Shown here piece after piece: positions 1-10,692 of a DNA stretch of 64,000 nt. Below the pieces are notes generated by a model. The model was not told where the DNA came from, made no database searches, and worked only from the letters and a program-made list of their open reading frames with translations. The DNA is from Anaerolineae bacterium (GTDB lineage Bacteria > Chloroflexota > Anaerolineae > UBA1429). A program made the translations under genes and the position numbers. The stretch covers positions 1,152,001-1,216,000 of the forward strand of contig OY776562.1 in the NCBI GenBank assembly GCA_963675785.1. The letters run 5' to 3'. Position 1 is the stretch's first letter, and every line of letters begins with the position of its first letter.

Positions 1-717
1 AAAAAGGCGCTCAAAGAGCTTGAGCAAAGCAAGAAACGCCTCAACCTTTTGCAGCAGCTTCTTTATGCTACCGAAAAACGGTCTCTTCTCGTGGTGTTGC
101 AGGGTATGGATACTTCAGGCAAAGACGGCACCATCAAGCATGTGATGGATGCGTTCAATCCCCAGGGATGCCAGGTATCTGGCTTTAAGGCACCTACATC
201 CGAAGAGCTGCGCCACGACTTTCTCTGGCGCGTTCACAAAGTGGTGCCTGCGCGGGGTATGGTGGGCATCTTTAACCGCTCTCATTATGAGGATGTGCTT
301 ATCCAACGCGTTGAGGAAATGGTGCCCAAAGCTGTATGGCGCGGCCGCTATGAATCAATTCGCGAATTTGAAGAGTCTATTACAGAGGCAGGCACTATTG
401 TCGTCAAGTTCTTTCTCCATATCTCGCCGGATGAGCAAAAGAAACGGCTGGAGGATCGCCTGGCCGACCCAACGGCCCAGTGGAAGTTCAAAGTAGGCGA
501 TCTGCGGGTTAGGGCCAAGTGGGATGAATACCAGACTGCTTATGAGGATGCCCTGACTGAATGCTCCACAGAGATTGCTCCCTGGTACATTGTGCCGGCC
601 GACCGCAAATGGTATCGCAATTTGGTGGTCTCTCGGGTGTTGGAAAAGACGCTGAGTGATCTCGATTTGGAATGGCCTCCGCTAGAAGAGGAAGCCAAAG
701 GCATCGAAATCGAATAA
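1..717 (+). CDS. ppk2: Polyphosphate kinase 2 family protein (5' end outside window)
   Basis: Frame open from base 1; Walker A QGMDTSGKDG, FNRSHYEDVL, APWYIVPADRKWYR typical of PPK2. Confidence 0.93.
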   Translation, partial: KKALKELEQSKKRLNLLQQLLYATEKRSLLVVLQGMDTSGKDGTIKHVMDAFNPQGCQVSGFKAPTSEELRHDFLWRVHKVVPARGMVGIFNRSHYEDVLIQRVEEMVPKAVWRGRYESIREFEESITEAGTIVVKFFLHISPDEQKKRLEDRLADPTAQWKFKVGDLRVRAKWDEYQTAYEDALTECSTEIAPWYIVPADRKWYRNLVVSRVLEKTLSDLDLEWPPLEEEAKGIEIE

Positions 718-735
718 CCAGAGGCCTTGCTTTGG

Positions 736-1962
736 TTAGGGTGTCAAACGCCTGTAGACGCGCTCCATTCTCGGCAGAATGGTGGTCCAGTCATAGTTCT
801 CGCGTACAAAAGTCTGCCCAGCCTGTCCGAGGGCTTCACGGCGTTTGGCATCAGAGAACAGCAACAAAATGCTGTTGGCAAACCCATCCTCTGTATCCGC
901 CAGCAGCGCATGTTTTCCGTTCTCCAGCTCGATTCCTTCGCTTCCCAGAATAGTAGATACCAGCGCTTTGCCTGCGGCCAGTGCTTCCAGAACTTTGAGC
1001 CGGGTTCCACCACCAATACGCATGGGCACCGTACAAACGGTGGCCTGTTTCAAGTAGGGCAGCATGTCATCTACAAATCCGGTAACAACCACACGATCCA
1101 TGCTGCGCAATCTGTCCAAGCGGGCATGGGGGTTCTTACCCACAATATATACTCGGGCCTCGGGTTCCTTTTGCCAGACATACGGCATAACCTGGTCGAC
1201 CAACCACAAGGCCGCATCCACATTGGGGCGATAGTCCATCTTGCCGGCAAAAAGAATCGCTGGCTCTTGCATTACATGTGGGAACTCAGCTTGCTGTTCA
1301 TAGTGGCTTACGTCTACCGCGTTCGGAACAGTCACAACTTCGACCAGGGCCAGTTCAGCTAGTGCTCGAGCATCCAAACGTGAGACGCAACTAACTGCAT
1401 CAGCCGCCTGGCAAACCAGCCTTTCAAAATGCCGCAATCTTTCAGCCTGAAGCCGTGAATAAACGGCAGTATGCGCATGTCGCAGCTCCGTGATATCCGT
1501 CTCAAAGGCGCGAAGCTGCAAGACATATTCGGCATTGTGATCGTCGAATAACAAGCGGGGAGCATAAGGCCGACGTTCAGCAATCTTGAGCAAATACGTG
1601 CCCAACTCTAGCCCTTCAAACTGAATGATGTCGGGCTTGAATGACGCGATCATTCTATCCAGCGCTTTTGCCATCTCTGAAGACGCATAGCGATAGACCA
1701 TATCCGGCAGTGTCGAAGCAATCAATCCGCGCAGCCGGGTTTTGTTTGAGTGTAGGGGAGGCGCAACAATTTGAAGATCTTCACAAAGCGAGCTGAGGTG
1801 CTCATAGTCCAGGGATGGATCACCGAAACACAAAAGGGCGACGGCGCCTCTTTGGGCAGCCCCCGCCAACAAATGATAGTTTCGCAGAGCACTCCCTTGT
1901 TGCGGTGGATAGGGCACATTGGGAATAACAAAAAGGATGCGTCGCGCCTGTTCTGCTGGCAT
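736..1962 (-). CDS. Glycosyltransferase family 4 (GT-B)
   Basis: FAGKMDYRPNVDA, PMRIGGGTRLKVLEALAAG; start uncertain (1962 or 1989). Confidence 0.9.
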   Translation of the reverse strand: MPAEQARRILFVIPNVPYPPQQGSALRNYHLLAGAAQRGAVALLCFGDPSLDYEHLSSLCEDLQIVAPPLHSNKTRLRGLIASTLPDMVYRYASSEMAKALDRMIASFKPDIIQFEGLELGTYLLKIAERRPYAPRLLFDDHNAEYVLQLRAFETDITELRHAHTAVYSRLQAERLRHFERLVCQAADAVSCVSRLDARALAELALVEVVTVPNAVDVSHYEQQAEFPHVMQEPAILFAGKMDYRPNVDAALWLVDQVMPYVWQKEPEARVYIVGKNPHARLDRLRSMDRVVVTGFVDDMLPYLKQATVCTVPMRIGGGTRLKVLEALAAGKALVSTILGSEGIELENGKHALLADTEDGFANSILLLFSDAKRREALGQAGQTFVRENYDWTTILPRMERVYRRLTP

Positions 1963-1981
1963 CTCCAACCCATTCCTTACT

Positions 1982-3085
1982 CTAGGCAAGTTGATGATAG
2001 AGCTCTAGGGTCTGTCGCGCTGCCTTTTCCCAAGAAAAAGTAGCGGCCCTTTTGAGTCCCTTGGTTTGAAGCTTGGTTCTTAATTCGGAATCATGAAGAA
2101 CGCGCGAGAGTGCTACCGTCAATTCTTCCGCATCCGTCGGATCAAAAGTGAGGCCGGCATCGCCGACCACTTCGGGCAGTGAAGAAACATTGGATACGAC
2201 AACCGGCGTTCCGCAAGCCATTGCTTCCAGTGGTGTCAAACCAAAGCCCTCATACAGCGAAGGCAGAACAAGCGCTTCGGCGGCGTTATAGAGCGCAACC
2301 AGCTCCTGGTTTGAGACGCGTCCAACAAAGAGCACATTCTCAGTCAGGTCCAGCCGCTCGGTAAGATCGAATACTTCATCAAACAACCAACCGCGAGAGC
2401 CCGCTACTACCAGCTTGACACTGGAATCGTAGGAATCGAGAAGCTGCCTAAAGGCTCTAAGCAGAGTGGGGAGGTTTTTGCGGGGTTCGATGGTGCTGAC
2501 AAAGAGTAAGAAATCACCTGTTACGCCGAGATTGCCCTGAATCTGTTGTTTGGCCTTTTCTTTGTTCATTGGCCTGAACGCAGCGCTGGCCGCTTCATGA
2601 ATCACCGTCACCTTTTGCTCGGGGACGCCCAAAAGGCTCATGACATCTCGTTTAGTGGCTTGCGATACAGCAATAATTCCATCTGCTCGGCGCACCGCCT
2701 GGTCGATCTGGCCATAATACCTCGCCGAGGCCTTAGTCAAAAAATGTGGGTACATCATAAAAACGAGATCGTGAATAGTGATGACAGACTTGACGCCTGC
2801 CTTGAGAGGTGGAATAAAATCGGGGCTGTGCAAAAGCTCGATCCGGGTGGCGGCAATTTCCAGAGGTAACAAGTATTGCTCAAGCCGGTGATGGCTTGGC
2901 GTTATGAGGTGTCGCGTGCTAAAGCGATCACGGTCGATGATAGGTGCTTTATCATGCACGCTCTGGAATATGGTGAATTCGTCATCGCCCGGCAAAAGGG
3001 CCAGGGCTTGCATAAGTTGGACCGTATATTGGCTGATGCCAGCCTTTTGATAGTGCACGAGCCGGGCATCGATTCCGATCCGCAT
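1982..3085 (-). CDS. Glycosyltransferase family 4 (mannosyltransferase-like)
   Basis: MRIGIDAR start after AGGAG; [23 protein letters not shown]. Confidence 0.92.
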   Translation of the reverse strand: MRIGIDARLVHYQKAGISQYTVQLMQALALLPGDDEFTIFQSVHDKAPIIDRDRFSTRHLITPSHHRLEQYLLPLEIAATRIELLHSPDFIPPLKAGVKSVITIHDLVFMMYPHFLTKASARYYGQIDQAVRRADGIIAVSQATKRDVMSLLGVPEQKVTVIHEAASAAFRPMNKEKAKQQIQGNLGVTGDFLLFVSTIEPRKNLPTLLRAFRQLLDSYDSSVKLVVAGSRGWLFDEVFDLTERLDLTENVLFVGRVSNQELVALYNAAEALVLPSLYEGFGLTPLEAMACGTPVVVSNVSSLPEVVGDAGLTFDPTDAEELTVALSRVLHDSELRTKLQTKGLKRAATFSWEKAARQTLELYHQLA

Positions 3086-3219
3086 AACCGCTCCTGTTAT
3101 TAAGCTAGATAATAATACCCCCTCGGCGGCCTTGGCCGGCACAAGGGGGCGACGGCGCATCCCTATCCACGCCTACAATCATATCATGCCTGTAAGTACA
3201 CGTCAAAGCCATTGTCCGT

Positions 3220-4491
3220 CTAGTCTTTTTGGGATGCTCGGAGTTGGGCTTTGTACTCTTGCATATCAATCACACGGCCCGTCCGGCGTGCTTCTTCTGC
3301 TGCAAACGACATCAGGTGGCTCTCCAAAGAAGCTCTGGCTGATGTTAGCGGCTCTGTATCCTCCCCCCGAACGGCCGCAATAAATGCCTTCATGACGCCA
3401 GCATCACCACCGCCGTGTCCGCTCTCAGAGCGCCCGGGCTCCAAACGATTCACATTGCCCGTCAGGTAATCGTGTGTCTCAATCAGCCAGGCCGATTCAC
3501 TGGCCCGCAGGGTAGCCTTGGTGGCATCGTAACGCATGGTGCGCACATTCTCATGTGAATGCCCTTGCATCACAAAATCAACGGTCGTTCCGTTTTCCAG
3601 TTCCATGGCCACAACCTGATGATCCACTGCCGAGTTATCGCAATGATAGACGCAACGCCCATAGGGGCCGTGTTGTAGCGCCTGCAGGCGTCCCTCGTAC
3701 GAAAGATCTTCGGTAATGGCGCTTACTGGCCAGCCTGTGCTCTCTGTAAGGTACTGGCGAGGTGCATAATAGGGGCAAGAATCGGCTGCAGGGCAGCCAT
3801 CCATACAGCGCTCGGGTGCTCCTGCCGGGGCATTCTCAGCTCCAAAGTGCGTCAACGCACCAAAAGAGGACAGTCGCTTGACCGGGCTTCCCAGCAGCCA
3901 ATAGAGGATATCCATATCATGGCAACACTTGGCCAGGATCATGGGAGAAGTCCGTTCTGTGTTCCCCCAGTTTCCTCGAACGAAAGAATGGGCCATGTGC
4001 CAGTAGGCAACGTTCTCACGGTGAGACACGTTAATGATCTCGCCGAGCTGATCTGAAGAAACGATCTGCTTGAGGGCCTGCCAGAACGGGGCATAACGCA
4101 TCACGTGGCATATCTGCAAAATCTGCCCAGCCTGCTCGGCAGCATCGACCAATCGCACGCAATCCTCGGGTCTGGTGGCCATGGGCTTTTCCAACAGGAC
4201 ATGGTATCCCTTTTGAAGGGCAGCCAGTGTCGATGCCAAATGCATCTGGTCCATCGTGGTATTCAGCAACCCTTCGCAGAGTTGCGGCACTGCTAAAAGC
4301 GCTTGCCAAGAATCAAAACATCTCTCCGCGGGTATGTCATGAGCCCTTGCGAAACGTTCTCTGCGAACAAGGTCAGGTTCAGCAACCGCTGTAAAACGAA
4401 CAAGCTGAGGATGCTGCAGCGCAAATTCACCATAGGCATAATAACCGCGGCCCCCGGCGCCTAGCAAGGCCAGCTCAACAGGTCTAGACAT
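3220..4491 (-). CDS. Gfo/Idh/MocA family oxidoreductase
   Basis: LGAGGRG Rossmann motif, HVLLEKP, KCCHD, HGGGD; RBS AGGAGG. Confidence 0.92.
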   Translation of the reverse strand: MSRPVELALLGAGGRGYYAYGEFALQHPQLVRFTAVAEPDLVRRERFARAHDIPAERCFDSWQALLAVPQLCEGLLNTTMDQMHLASTLAALQKGYHVLLEKPMATRPEDCVRLVDAAEQAGQILQICHVMRYAPFWQALKQIVSSDQLGEIINVSHRENVAYWHMAHSFVRGNWGNTERTSPMILAKCCHDMDILYWLLGSPVKRLSSFGALTHFGAENAPAGAPERCMDGCPAADSCPYYAPRQYLTESTGWPVSAITEDLSYEGRLQALQHGPYGRCVYHCDNSAVDHQVVAMELENGTTVDFVMQGHSHENVRTMRYDATKATLRASESAWLIETHDYLTGNVNRLEPGRSESGHGGGDAGVMKAFIAAVRGEDTEPLTSARASLESHLMSFAAEEARRTGRVIDMQEYKAQLRASQKD

Positions 4492-4618
4492 ACTCATCAC
4501 CCTCCTCATGCGGACTGCGCCATGCTACTCAATAGCCGTGGCTGTGTCAACAGTTGGAAAGAGCTATTCGCTAGTGCCGTACCTTCTAGGGAGACCTTTG
4601 CCTTTATGGTGGTTGCGC

Positions 4619-4891
4619 CTAGTGGCGATCGTTTCGCGATTTTGGGGTGGCAGGTTTTACGCGTAGTGTTCGGCCGCCAAATTGGGTGCCGTCAAGCTCA
4701 ACAATCGCGGTGTTTGCTGCTTGTTCTGTCTCCATTGTCACAAATCCAAAACCACGAGCGCGGCCTGTCTCGCGATCGTATATCAAGGCGACTTCGCTTA
4801 CAGGACCGATTGCAGTAAAGACAGCGGCAAGGTCTTTTTCTGTAACTTCATACGGCAAGTTACCTACATAGATTCGCGATCCCATCTCCAT
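4619..4891 (-). CDS. RRM (RNP-1) RNA-binding protein
   Basis: RNP2 IYVGNL and RNP1 RGFGFV; RBS GGAGG. Confidence 0.93.
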   Translation of the reverse strand: MEMGSRIYVGNLPYEVTEKDLAAVFTAIGPVSEVALIYDRETGRARGFGFVTMETEQAANTAIVELDGTQFGGRTLRVKPATPKSRNDRH

Positions 4892-4959
4892 CAAATAACC
4901 TCCTTCAAGGCTCAAACTTAGCGCGATGGTTAGAACTCTCATTCATGCGCTCTTTGTCC

Positions 4960-4988
4960 ATTGTATTTTGTCATGCGTCCTCAGTCAA
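4960..4988 (-). promoter_or_regulatory. Sigma70-type promoter of the RRM gene
   Basis: TTGACT-17 nt-TACAAT on minus strand. Confidence 0.6.
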
Positions 4989-5120
4989 GCTAATTTTCCT
5001 TTTATTAGCGTTCTTTAAGATTTTGTTATGTATGAAAAGCGAATTGCCTCTGCGGGGCAGGCAATTCGCCGTTTTTCAAATCCTTGTATATACTGGCGGA
5101 ATGATAGAGGAGGAATGTCC

Positions 5121-5603
5121 ATGATAGTGGATGCTAGAACGCAGGTTGCTCATGCTTTGGAGGCAGCTGGCGTAGAGACAGAGATCATCATCTTTGAGGA
5201 TTCAACCGCCACGTCGCAAGAGGCAGCAGATTGCCTTGGCGTGCCTGTGGGCGCTATTGCCAAAAGCCTCTGCTTTATGGTCGTGGGTGAGCCCATTCTG
5301 GTTATCGCTTCGGGCGATACCCGCATTGATGATCGCAAGTTGGGCCAAGAGTTCGGGGTGAGCCGCAAAAAAGTTAAAATTGCCACGGCTGATCAAGTGC
5401 AAGCGGCAACGGGATTTGCTCCGGGTGGGGTGGCGCCTGTTGGCCACACCTCCCAGCTCACCATCCTGGTCGATCAGGCACTTGGCCGTTTTGATACAGT
5501 CTATGCTGCGGCAGGCACGCCTCACGCCGTGTTCGAGATTGCCTTTAAAGAACTTGTCCGCGTAACAAAGGCGCGCGTGGTTGATCTGACACAGGGTTTA
5601 TGA
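5121..5603 (+). CDS. YbaK/EbsC aminoacyl-tRNA deacylase family
   Basis: IAKSL, TGFAPGGVAPVG, YAAAG; RBS GAGGAGG. Confidence 0.9.
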   Translation: MIVDARTQVAHALEAAGVETEIIIFEDSTATSQEAADCLGVPVGAIAKSLCFMVVGEPILVIASGDTRIDDRKLGQEFGVSRKKVKIATADQVQAATGFAPGGVAPVGHTSQLTILVDQALGRFDTVYAAAGTPHAVFEIAFKELVRVTKARVVDLTQGL

Positions 5604-5646
5604 TGCCCTTGTTCTTCTACTGAACGCGCATAATTCCGTTGATTTG

Positions 5647-5675
5647 TTGACAATAAAGACACGTGGTAGTACTAT
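5647..5675 (+). promoter_or_regulatory. Sigma70 promoter driving a non-coding transcript
   Basis: TTGACA-17 nt-TACTAT; predicted TSS ~5683 coincides with the first base of a long stem. Confidence 0.75.
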
Positions 5676-5682
5676 TTTTATT

Positions 5683-5826
5683 GCGAGGTTCGAGAGGTTG
5701 ATGGGTCAAAGGAACGACCGCTGGGTGATTGGGCACATGGCTTAGGATCCCTGGTCAGATTCAGAGTGTGTACTCGATTACATGAACCGGCGGAAACGCT
5801 TCCGACTACAGGTCACTTGATCTCGC
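5683..5826 (+). ncRNA. Stand-alone rod-shaped structured RNA (6S-like or unclassified)
   Basis: Nested pairings GCGAGG/TCTCGC, TCGAG/CTTGA, GGTC/GACT, GGAA/TTCC, CCGCTGG/CCGGCGG, GTGATTGG/TCGATTAC, GCACAT/GTGTGT; own promoter and terminator; no credible ORF. Confidence 0.65.
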
Positions 5827-5836
5827 CCCTTTTCCG

Positions 5837-5872
5837 AAAGTGGGGGACATGTATATGTCCCCCACTTTTTTT
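5837..5872 (+). terminator. Intrinsic terminator
   Basis: AAAGTGGGGGACAT-GTAT-ATGTCCCCCACTTT followed by T-run. Confidence 0.85.
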
Positions 5873-5883
5873 GTTCCTAAAAA

Positions 5884-7125
5884 TTACTCGTGGCGCAGGG
5901 CTTCGATGGGTTCCATCTGCGCGGCACGCCTGGCCGGATAGATACCAAAGAACAGGCCCACAGCTGCCGAAAAGGCTACGGACAAGAACACAGAGCTGCT
6001 CGTTACAGCCGTGGGGAATACATCCAGGCTGTTGACGATGGCCGAAACCAACCATCCAAAGCCAATCCCCAGCAAGCCGCCGACGAGAGAAAGCACAATT
6101 GACTCAATCAAGAACTGCCACAAGATGTCCGATTCTCTGGCCCCCACGGCCTTACGGATGCCGATCTCTCGTGTGCGCTCGGTGACAGAGACCAGCATGA
6201 TGTTCATAATGCCAATGCCGCCAACGAGAAGTGAGATAGCCGCTACGGCCCCCAGGAAAATCGTAAACATATTGGTTACCTGATCAAACACGCCGGCGAT
6301 ACTCTCTTGCGAAGTCAGGGTAAAGTCATCCTCACCATAGTTGACATCATGCTCTTCGCGAAGTATCAAACGAATCTCTTCCATGGCTTCATCGCTCATG
6401 CCTTCATCGGCAGAGACACTGATGTAATCCACCACGTCGCCATAGCGCGAGTTATACGTATCAGCAAAGAGTCTGTCTTGGGCGGTTGTAAGCGGAACAA
6501 TGGCCAGCTCATCGGACGAGAACATGGGGAGGGCACTGCCGCCTTTGGATTCGAGAACCCCCACCACTTCAAATGGAATGCTGTTGATGCGTACAGTCTC
6601 ACCCAAGGCCGATTCTGCGTCGCCAAAGAGGCTCTCGGCTGTATCGGCGCCTAGCACCACAACCCGCGAGCTACTCTGTTCATCACTATCTGTGATAAAC
6701 GCGCCGTATTCCACCACATAGTTTCTGACATAGAGATAATCAGATGTGGTGCCCGTCACACTGAGGCTGACACTCTCACCATCATAGGTGATTGTGCCAG
6801 AGCGGCTTACTTCAGGGGCTACGCCCGCCACATAGGTGGTCCGTGTTGTATCTGCGATTGCCTCGGCATCCTGTCGTGTGAGCGGGATGATTTTATCAGG
6901 TTCTTCCGAGTCATCAGCGAAACTAACGCCCGACATGACATAAATCAAGTTGGAACCTACCGACGATATCTCGGCCTGGATGGCGTCCTGGGCGCCGGCT
7001 CCCACAGAGAGAATAGCAATGACGGCACCCGTGCCAATGATGATGCCCAACATCGTCAGGATTGAGCGTGTCTTGTTTGCCAAGAGGTTGCGAAAAGCCT
7101 GCTTGATGCTTTCGAGGGTGCTCAT
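5884..7125 (-). CDS. MacB/FtsX-like ABC transporter permease
   Basis: [55 protein letters not shown]. Confidence 0.95.
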   Translation of the reverse strand: MSTLESIKQAFRNLLANKTRSILTMLGIIIGTGAVIAILSVGAGAQDAIQAEISSVGSNLIYVMSGVSFADDSEEPDKIIPLTRQDAEAIADTTRTTYVAGVAPEVSRSGTITYDGESVSLSVTGTTSDYLYVRNYVVEYGAFITDSDEQSSSRVVVLGADTAESLFGDAESALGETVRINSIPFEVVGVLESKGGSALPMFSSDELAIVPLTTAQDRLFADTYNSRYGDVVDYISVSADEGMSDEAMEEIRLILREEHDVNYGEDDFTLTSQESIAGVFDQVTNMFTIFLGAVAAISLLVGGIGIMNIMLVSVTERTREIGIRKAVGARESDILWQFLIESIVLSLVGGLLGIGFGWLVSAIVNSLDVFPTAVTSSSVFLSVAFSAAVGLFFGIYPARRAAQMEPIEALRHE

Positions 7126-7853
7126 GCGCGCACCTCTTCGAACTCGGGCTCTGACAAAGATTCTGCAAGTTTGATATGATCTACTTGATAATCGCCTTCA
7201 ATCAGCCCATCCCGAATCCGAATAATGCGCTGTGTATATTCGGCTACTTCAGGGTCATGGGTTACAAAGATGACAGTGATACCCTTTTCGCGTTGAAGCT
7301 TTTGGAACAGGGCAATGATCTCTTGCCCTGTCTTTGTATCCAGGTTACCAGTTGGCTCATCAGCCAGAATGATGCTGGGACTGTTCACAAGCGCTCGGGC
7401 TATGGCAACTCGCTGCTGCTGACCGCCGGATAGTTCGGTAGGTTTGTGGTGCATCCGACCTTCCAGGCCCACTGTTTCGAGTGCCTTCATCGCCAGCTTG
7501 CGCCGGTTGGGTTTTCCCGAGTAAAGCAAGGGCAGCTCGACATTTTCGATAGCTGTTGTTCGGGCAAGCAGGTTGTACTGCTGAAAGACAAAGCCAATTT
7601 TCTGATTGCGGATGGCGGCAAGCCGGTCGCTCGAAAGTTTGGCAACATCTGTGCCTTCGAGTTTGTAGGTTCCACCACTGGGCACATCCAGGCAGCCCAG
7701 AATGTTCATCAGGGTGCTTTTGCCAGACCCTGAGGGCCCCATAATGGCTGTCAGTTCACCTTCTCGCAGTTCAAGAGAGATATCGCGCAAGGCGTGAACC
7801 TGAACGTCGCCCATGGTATATACTTTTGTGACATGCTCAAGTTCAATTAACAT
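7122..7853 (-). CDS. ABC transporter ATP-binding protein (MacB/LolD-like)
   Basis: [25 protein letters not shown]. Confidence 0.96.
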   Translation of the reverse strand: MLIELEHVTKVYTMGDVQVHALRDISLELREGELTAIMGPSGSGKSTLMNILGCLDVPSGGTYKLEGTDVAKLSSDRLAAIRNQKIGFVFQQYNLLARTTAIENVELPLLYSGKPNRRKLAMKALETVGLEGRMHHKPTELSGGQQQRVAIARALVNSPSIILADEPTGNLDTKTGQEIIALFQKLQREKGITVIFVTHDPEVAEYTQRIIRIRDGLIEGDYQVDHIKLAESLSEPEFEEVRA

Positions 7854-9243
7854 TGATCACTCCAAATGGTCCTTCAAATGTGAAACTCTCAGGACGCGAT
7901 ACGATGTACTCGTCACCTTCGTCGAGACCCGAGATAATCTCGGTATAGTCATCTCCTACGAGGCCCGTTTCAAGATAGATCGCATCCACGCTCGTTGTAC
8001 CCAACACTTCGACGTATTTCCCATCAGAATCGCGCCGCAAGGCGCGATTTGATACGAGCAATACGTCATCTTTGGTGGACGTAATGATATAGACGGATGA
8101 TGTAAGTTGAGGGCGCAAGGCCAAGTCGGTTGACTCGAGATTGACGCGTACGCCATAGGTAACAATGCCCTGAGCGCTCGTGCCCACCAGGTCAATGCTC
8201 TCGACTATGCCTTTGATGATCTGGCCTGAGAATGAATCAACTTCGATGTTGGCGTTTTGCCCTGCGGCAATCTGTCCAATTTCGCTTTCATCAATATAGA
8301 CATTGATATGATAAGCCGAGTTATCGATCAGGGTGGCCAAAGGAACAGATGGTGTTACCAGATCGCCTACATTCACATCCCAACCCTCAACGTAACCGTC
8401 AAAAGCCGCTGTGAGTTCGAGGTCATCGAGCTGGTTCTCCAAGAGCTGCACGCTGATGCGCGCTTGCTCGACGCTTGCCTCAGCAATCTGGATCTCTTCT
8501 GCAGATGGGGAGGATAGCAGAGAAGATAGATTGGCCCGAGCCTGTGCAACTTGCAGTTCAGCACTCTTGATTGTTGTCTCGTTGGGCTCTGTAAATAGCT
8601 GGTCGTACTGCAACTGGGCAAGTTCCACGCCAACTTCAGCATTCAGCACTTGAGCCTCTGCCTGATCAATCGAGGACGAACTGGCTAGCGGATTCCCCGC
8701 TGCGGCATCTCGTGCAGCTTGTGCTGCCCAAAGCGAGTTCTTGGCCTGGTCGATCTGAAGCTCTGCCGAATGGATCTGTTCATCGGTTGGTCCTTCATAG
8801 AGGGCGTTCAGTGTGGCCTGTGCTGCGGCAAGCGAAGCCTGCGCCGCAGTAATGCTATCGTCTGATGCGCCTTCAATTGTACGTGCTAACTGGGCCTCTG
8901 CTGAGCTCAGTGCGACTCTTGCACTGGCCAGATTAAGTTCCAATGTGGAATCATCTAGTGTCGCCAGAACCTGACCTTCTGTGACAAAAGCACCATCTTC
9001 TATCAGAACAGATGCTACGGTGCCGCTTGTCGAAAAAGTGATGGATTCGCTGCGCTCGGGGGCCAAACTACCTGTGGCTACTACCACAGCCTCTACCGAG
9101 CCGCGTTCGACAGTGGCTAGAACAACTTGGCTGTCTTCGCTGGCCTGGGTAGCAGCATTTCTTTGTTGCACAATGTAGTATCCGCCTGCGATGGCGGCAA
9201 CAACGACGACGATGATAATAACATTACGGAGTTTCTTACTCAT
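7843..9243 (-). CDS. MacA/HlyD-type membrane fusion (adaptor) protein
   Basis: N-terminal TM, biotinyl-lipoyl-like halves, long coiled coil, operon position. Confidence 0.9.
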   Translation of the reverse strand: MSKKLRNVIIIVVVVAAIAGGYYIVQQRNAATQASEDSQVVLATVERGSVEAVVVATGSLAPERSESITFSTSGTVASVLIEDGAFVTEGQVLATLDDSTLELNLASARVALSSAEAQLARTIEGASDDSITAAQASLAAAQATLNALYEGPTDEQIHSAELQIDQAKNSLWAAQAARDAAAGNPLASSSSIDQAEAQVLNAEVGVELAQLQYDQLFTEPNETTIKSAELQVAQARANLSSLLSSPSAEEIQIAEASVEQARISVQLLENQLDDLELTAAFDGYVEGWDVNVGDLVTPSVPLATLIDNSAYHINVYIDESEIGQIAAGQNANIEVDSFSGQIIKGIVESIDLVGTSAQGIVTYGVRVNLESTDLALRPQLTSSVYIITSTKDDVLLVSNRALRRDSDGKYVEVLGTTSVDAIYLETGLVGDDYTEIISGLDEGDEYIVSRPESFTFEGPFGVINVN

Positions 9244-9734
9244 TCAAATTTTCCTCGAATAGTGGGAGTGACGACAAAGAGGGGTTCGCCCTGTACCCAT
9301 TCCTCAATGCCAAATGCCGATGATAGAATTCTCATTGCTGCGATGACAGTCTCAGAATCAGCGGGGCTCAGTCCTTCCAATTCTTGGCTCAGTGCCTCAT
9401 GGAGAATGCGTCCCCATTTCTCAATCTCGTTTATCCCTGCGGGGGTAAGCACAATCTCAACAACTCGTCGATCGTCTGGCTCCTGTTGTCGACTGACCAA
9501 ACCGCGTTTGACAAGCGCCTGTACACAGGCCGTCATGGCCGGGCGGCTCATATGAAATCGCTCCGCCAGATCGCTCATCCGGCATCCTTCATGTGTCCTT
9601 AGCCACATGAGCGTCCGAAATTGAAGTTGTGGAAAAGGACGTGCATCCATTTTGGTTTTGCTGCCAATAATCTGCATGAGATTAGGCAGCGCGTGTAAAA
9701 CGCTCGACGCAACGTCTTGCGATGTAAAAGTCAT
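9240..9734 (-). CDS. MarR family regulator
   Basis: wHTH with LVKRGLVSR..DDRR..LT; heads the efflux operon. Confidence 0.9.
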   Translation of the reverse strand: MTFTSQDVASSVLHALPNLMQIIGSKTKMDARPFPQLQFRTLMWLRTHEGCRMSDLAERFHMSRPAMTACVQALVKRGLVSRQQEPDDRRVVEIVLTPAGINEIEKWGRILHEALSQELEGLSPADSETVIAAMRILSSAFGIEEWVQGEPLFVVTPTIRGKFE

Positions 9735-9834
9735 ATATAATTTCTCCCTTAAATAGTTCCAAGACTTAATTATATTGAGAATAAATATTTTAGCAAGTGA
9801 CATTTTGGCCTATGTCGTGGTTATAGCACAGCAT

Positions 9835-9861
9835 AAAGGCCGGTCTGCAAGACCGGCCTTT
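9835..9861 (-). terminator. Intrinsic terminator
   Basis: AAAGGCCGGTC-TGCAA-GACCGGCCTTT. Confidence 0.7.
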
Positions 9862-9882
9862 CAGGATTAGCAGCAGGGAAAT

Positions 9883-10692
9883 CTAGGATGTGGCAGGTTC
9901 GCCCATAAAAGCGTGAATCGCTTCGATATAGCGTGGCCAGTTATCGCGGTGGATGTTGTGCCCCGCCTCGACCTGCACATGAGTTGCCTGCGGCAGGAGG
10001 GTCATGACTCCGCGAGCAATCTCGGGGGTAACGATAACGCCTCGCTCATTCAAACCCGTGAGAAGCAGACAGCGACAGCGCATACTGGCGGCCATGGCAC
10101 GCCAGTCGGGGTACACCGACGACCTCATTTGGCTGACCTGTGGCCTCACGCTCTGCTGAGCAGTTACCCAGGCCGCAACCTCCTGAGGGTGCCAGTCAGG
10201 CTTAGCTCGGCTCATCTCGTAAAACAACTCATCTGCCCCGGCCTGACGGTGTTTTTCGATTTTGACCCGCATGTCCTCTGCGCGTTCGAGCGAATCATCT
10301 CGCCCGTGCGAATCTCGCCAGGGGGGATCTTCCAATACAACCGCTCCAATCAGATCCGGGTAGTTGGCAGCGGTCAACGCGGCAGTTTCTGCCCCCATAG
10401 AATGGCCAATGAGGGTGGGTTTCTCCAACTTGAGCGCTTTGATGAGCCGGGCCAGGTCGCGTGCCAGGGTTGGGTAATCATAACCATCTTCTGGAGTAGA
10501 CGATCTGCCATGCCCGCGCGCATCTGGAATGATCAGCTCATGCTCGGTTTCCAACTCGTCGCTCAGACGCCACCAACAGCCGCTGTCGTCGGTGAGTCCG
10601 TGTAGTAACACCACAGACGGTCCGGTTGGCGCCGTACGTAGAAAAGCCAATGAGACATCGCCGAGATCCAGTCTGTTGGATGGCATGTTCAT
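9883..10692 (-). CDS. Alpha/beta hydrolase
   Basis: LLHG, DARGHGRS, GHSMG nucleophile, AGH. Confidence 0.92.
   Translation of the reverse strand: MNMPSNRLDLGDVSLAFLRTAPTGPSVVLLHGLTDDSGCWWRLSDELETEHELIIPDARGHGRSSTPEDGYDYPTLARDLARLIKALKLEKPTLIGHSMGAETAALTAANYPDLIGAVVLEDPPWRDSHGRDDSLERAEDMRVKIEKHRQAGADELFYEMSRAKPDWHPQEVAAWVTAQQSVRPQVSQMRSSVYPDWRAMAASMRCRCLLLTGLNERGVIVTPEIARGVMTLLPQATHVQVEAGHNIHRDNWPRYIEAIHAFMGEPATS

Noticed and set aside
5884-9734. MacAB-like pump without TolC as a novelty
   Set aside because: Common arrangement in monoderm bacteria
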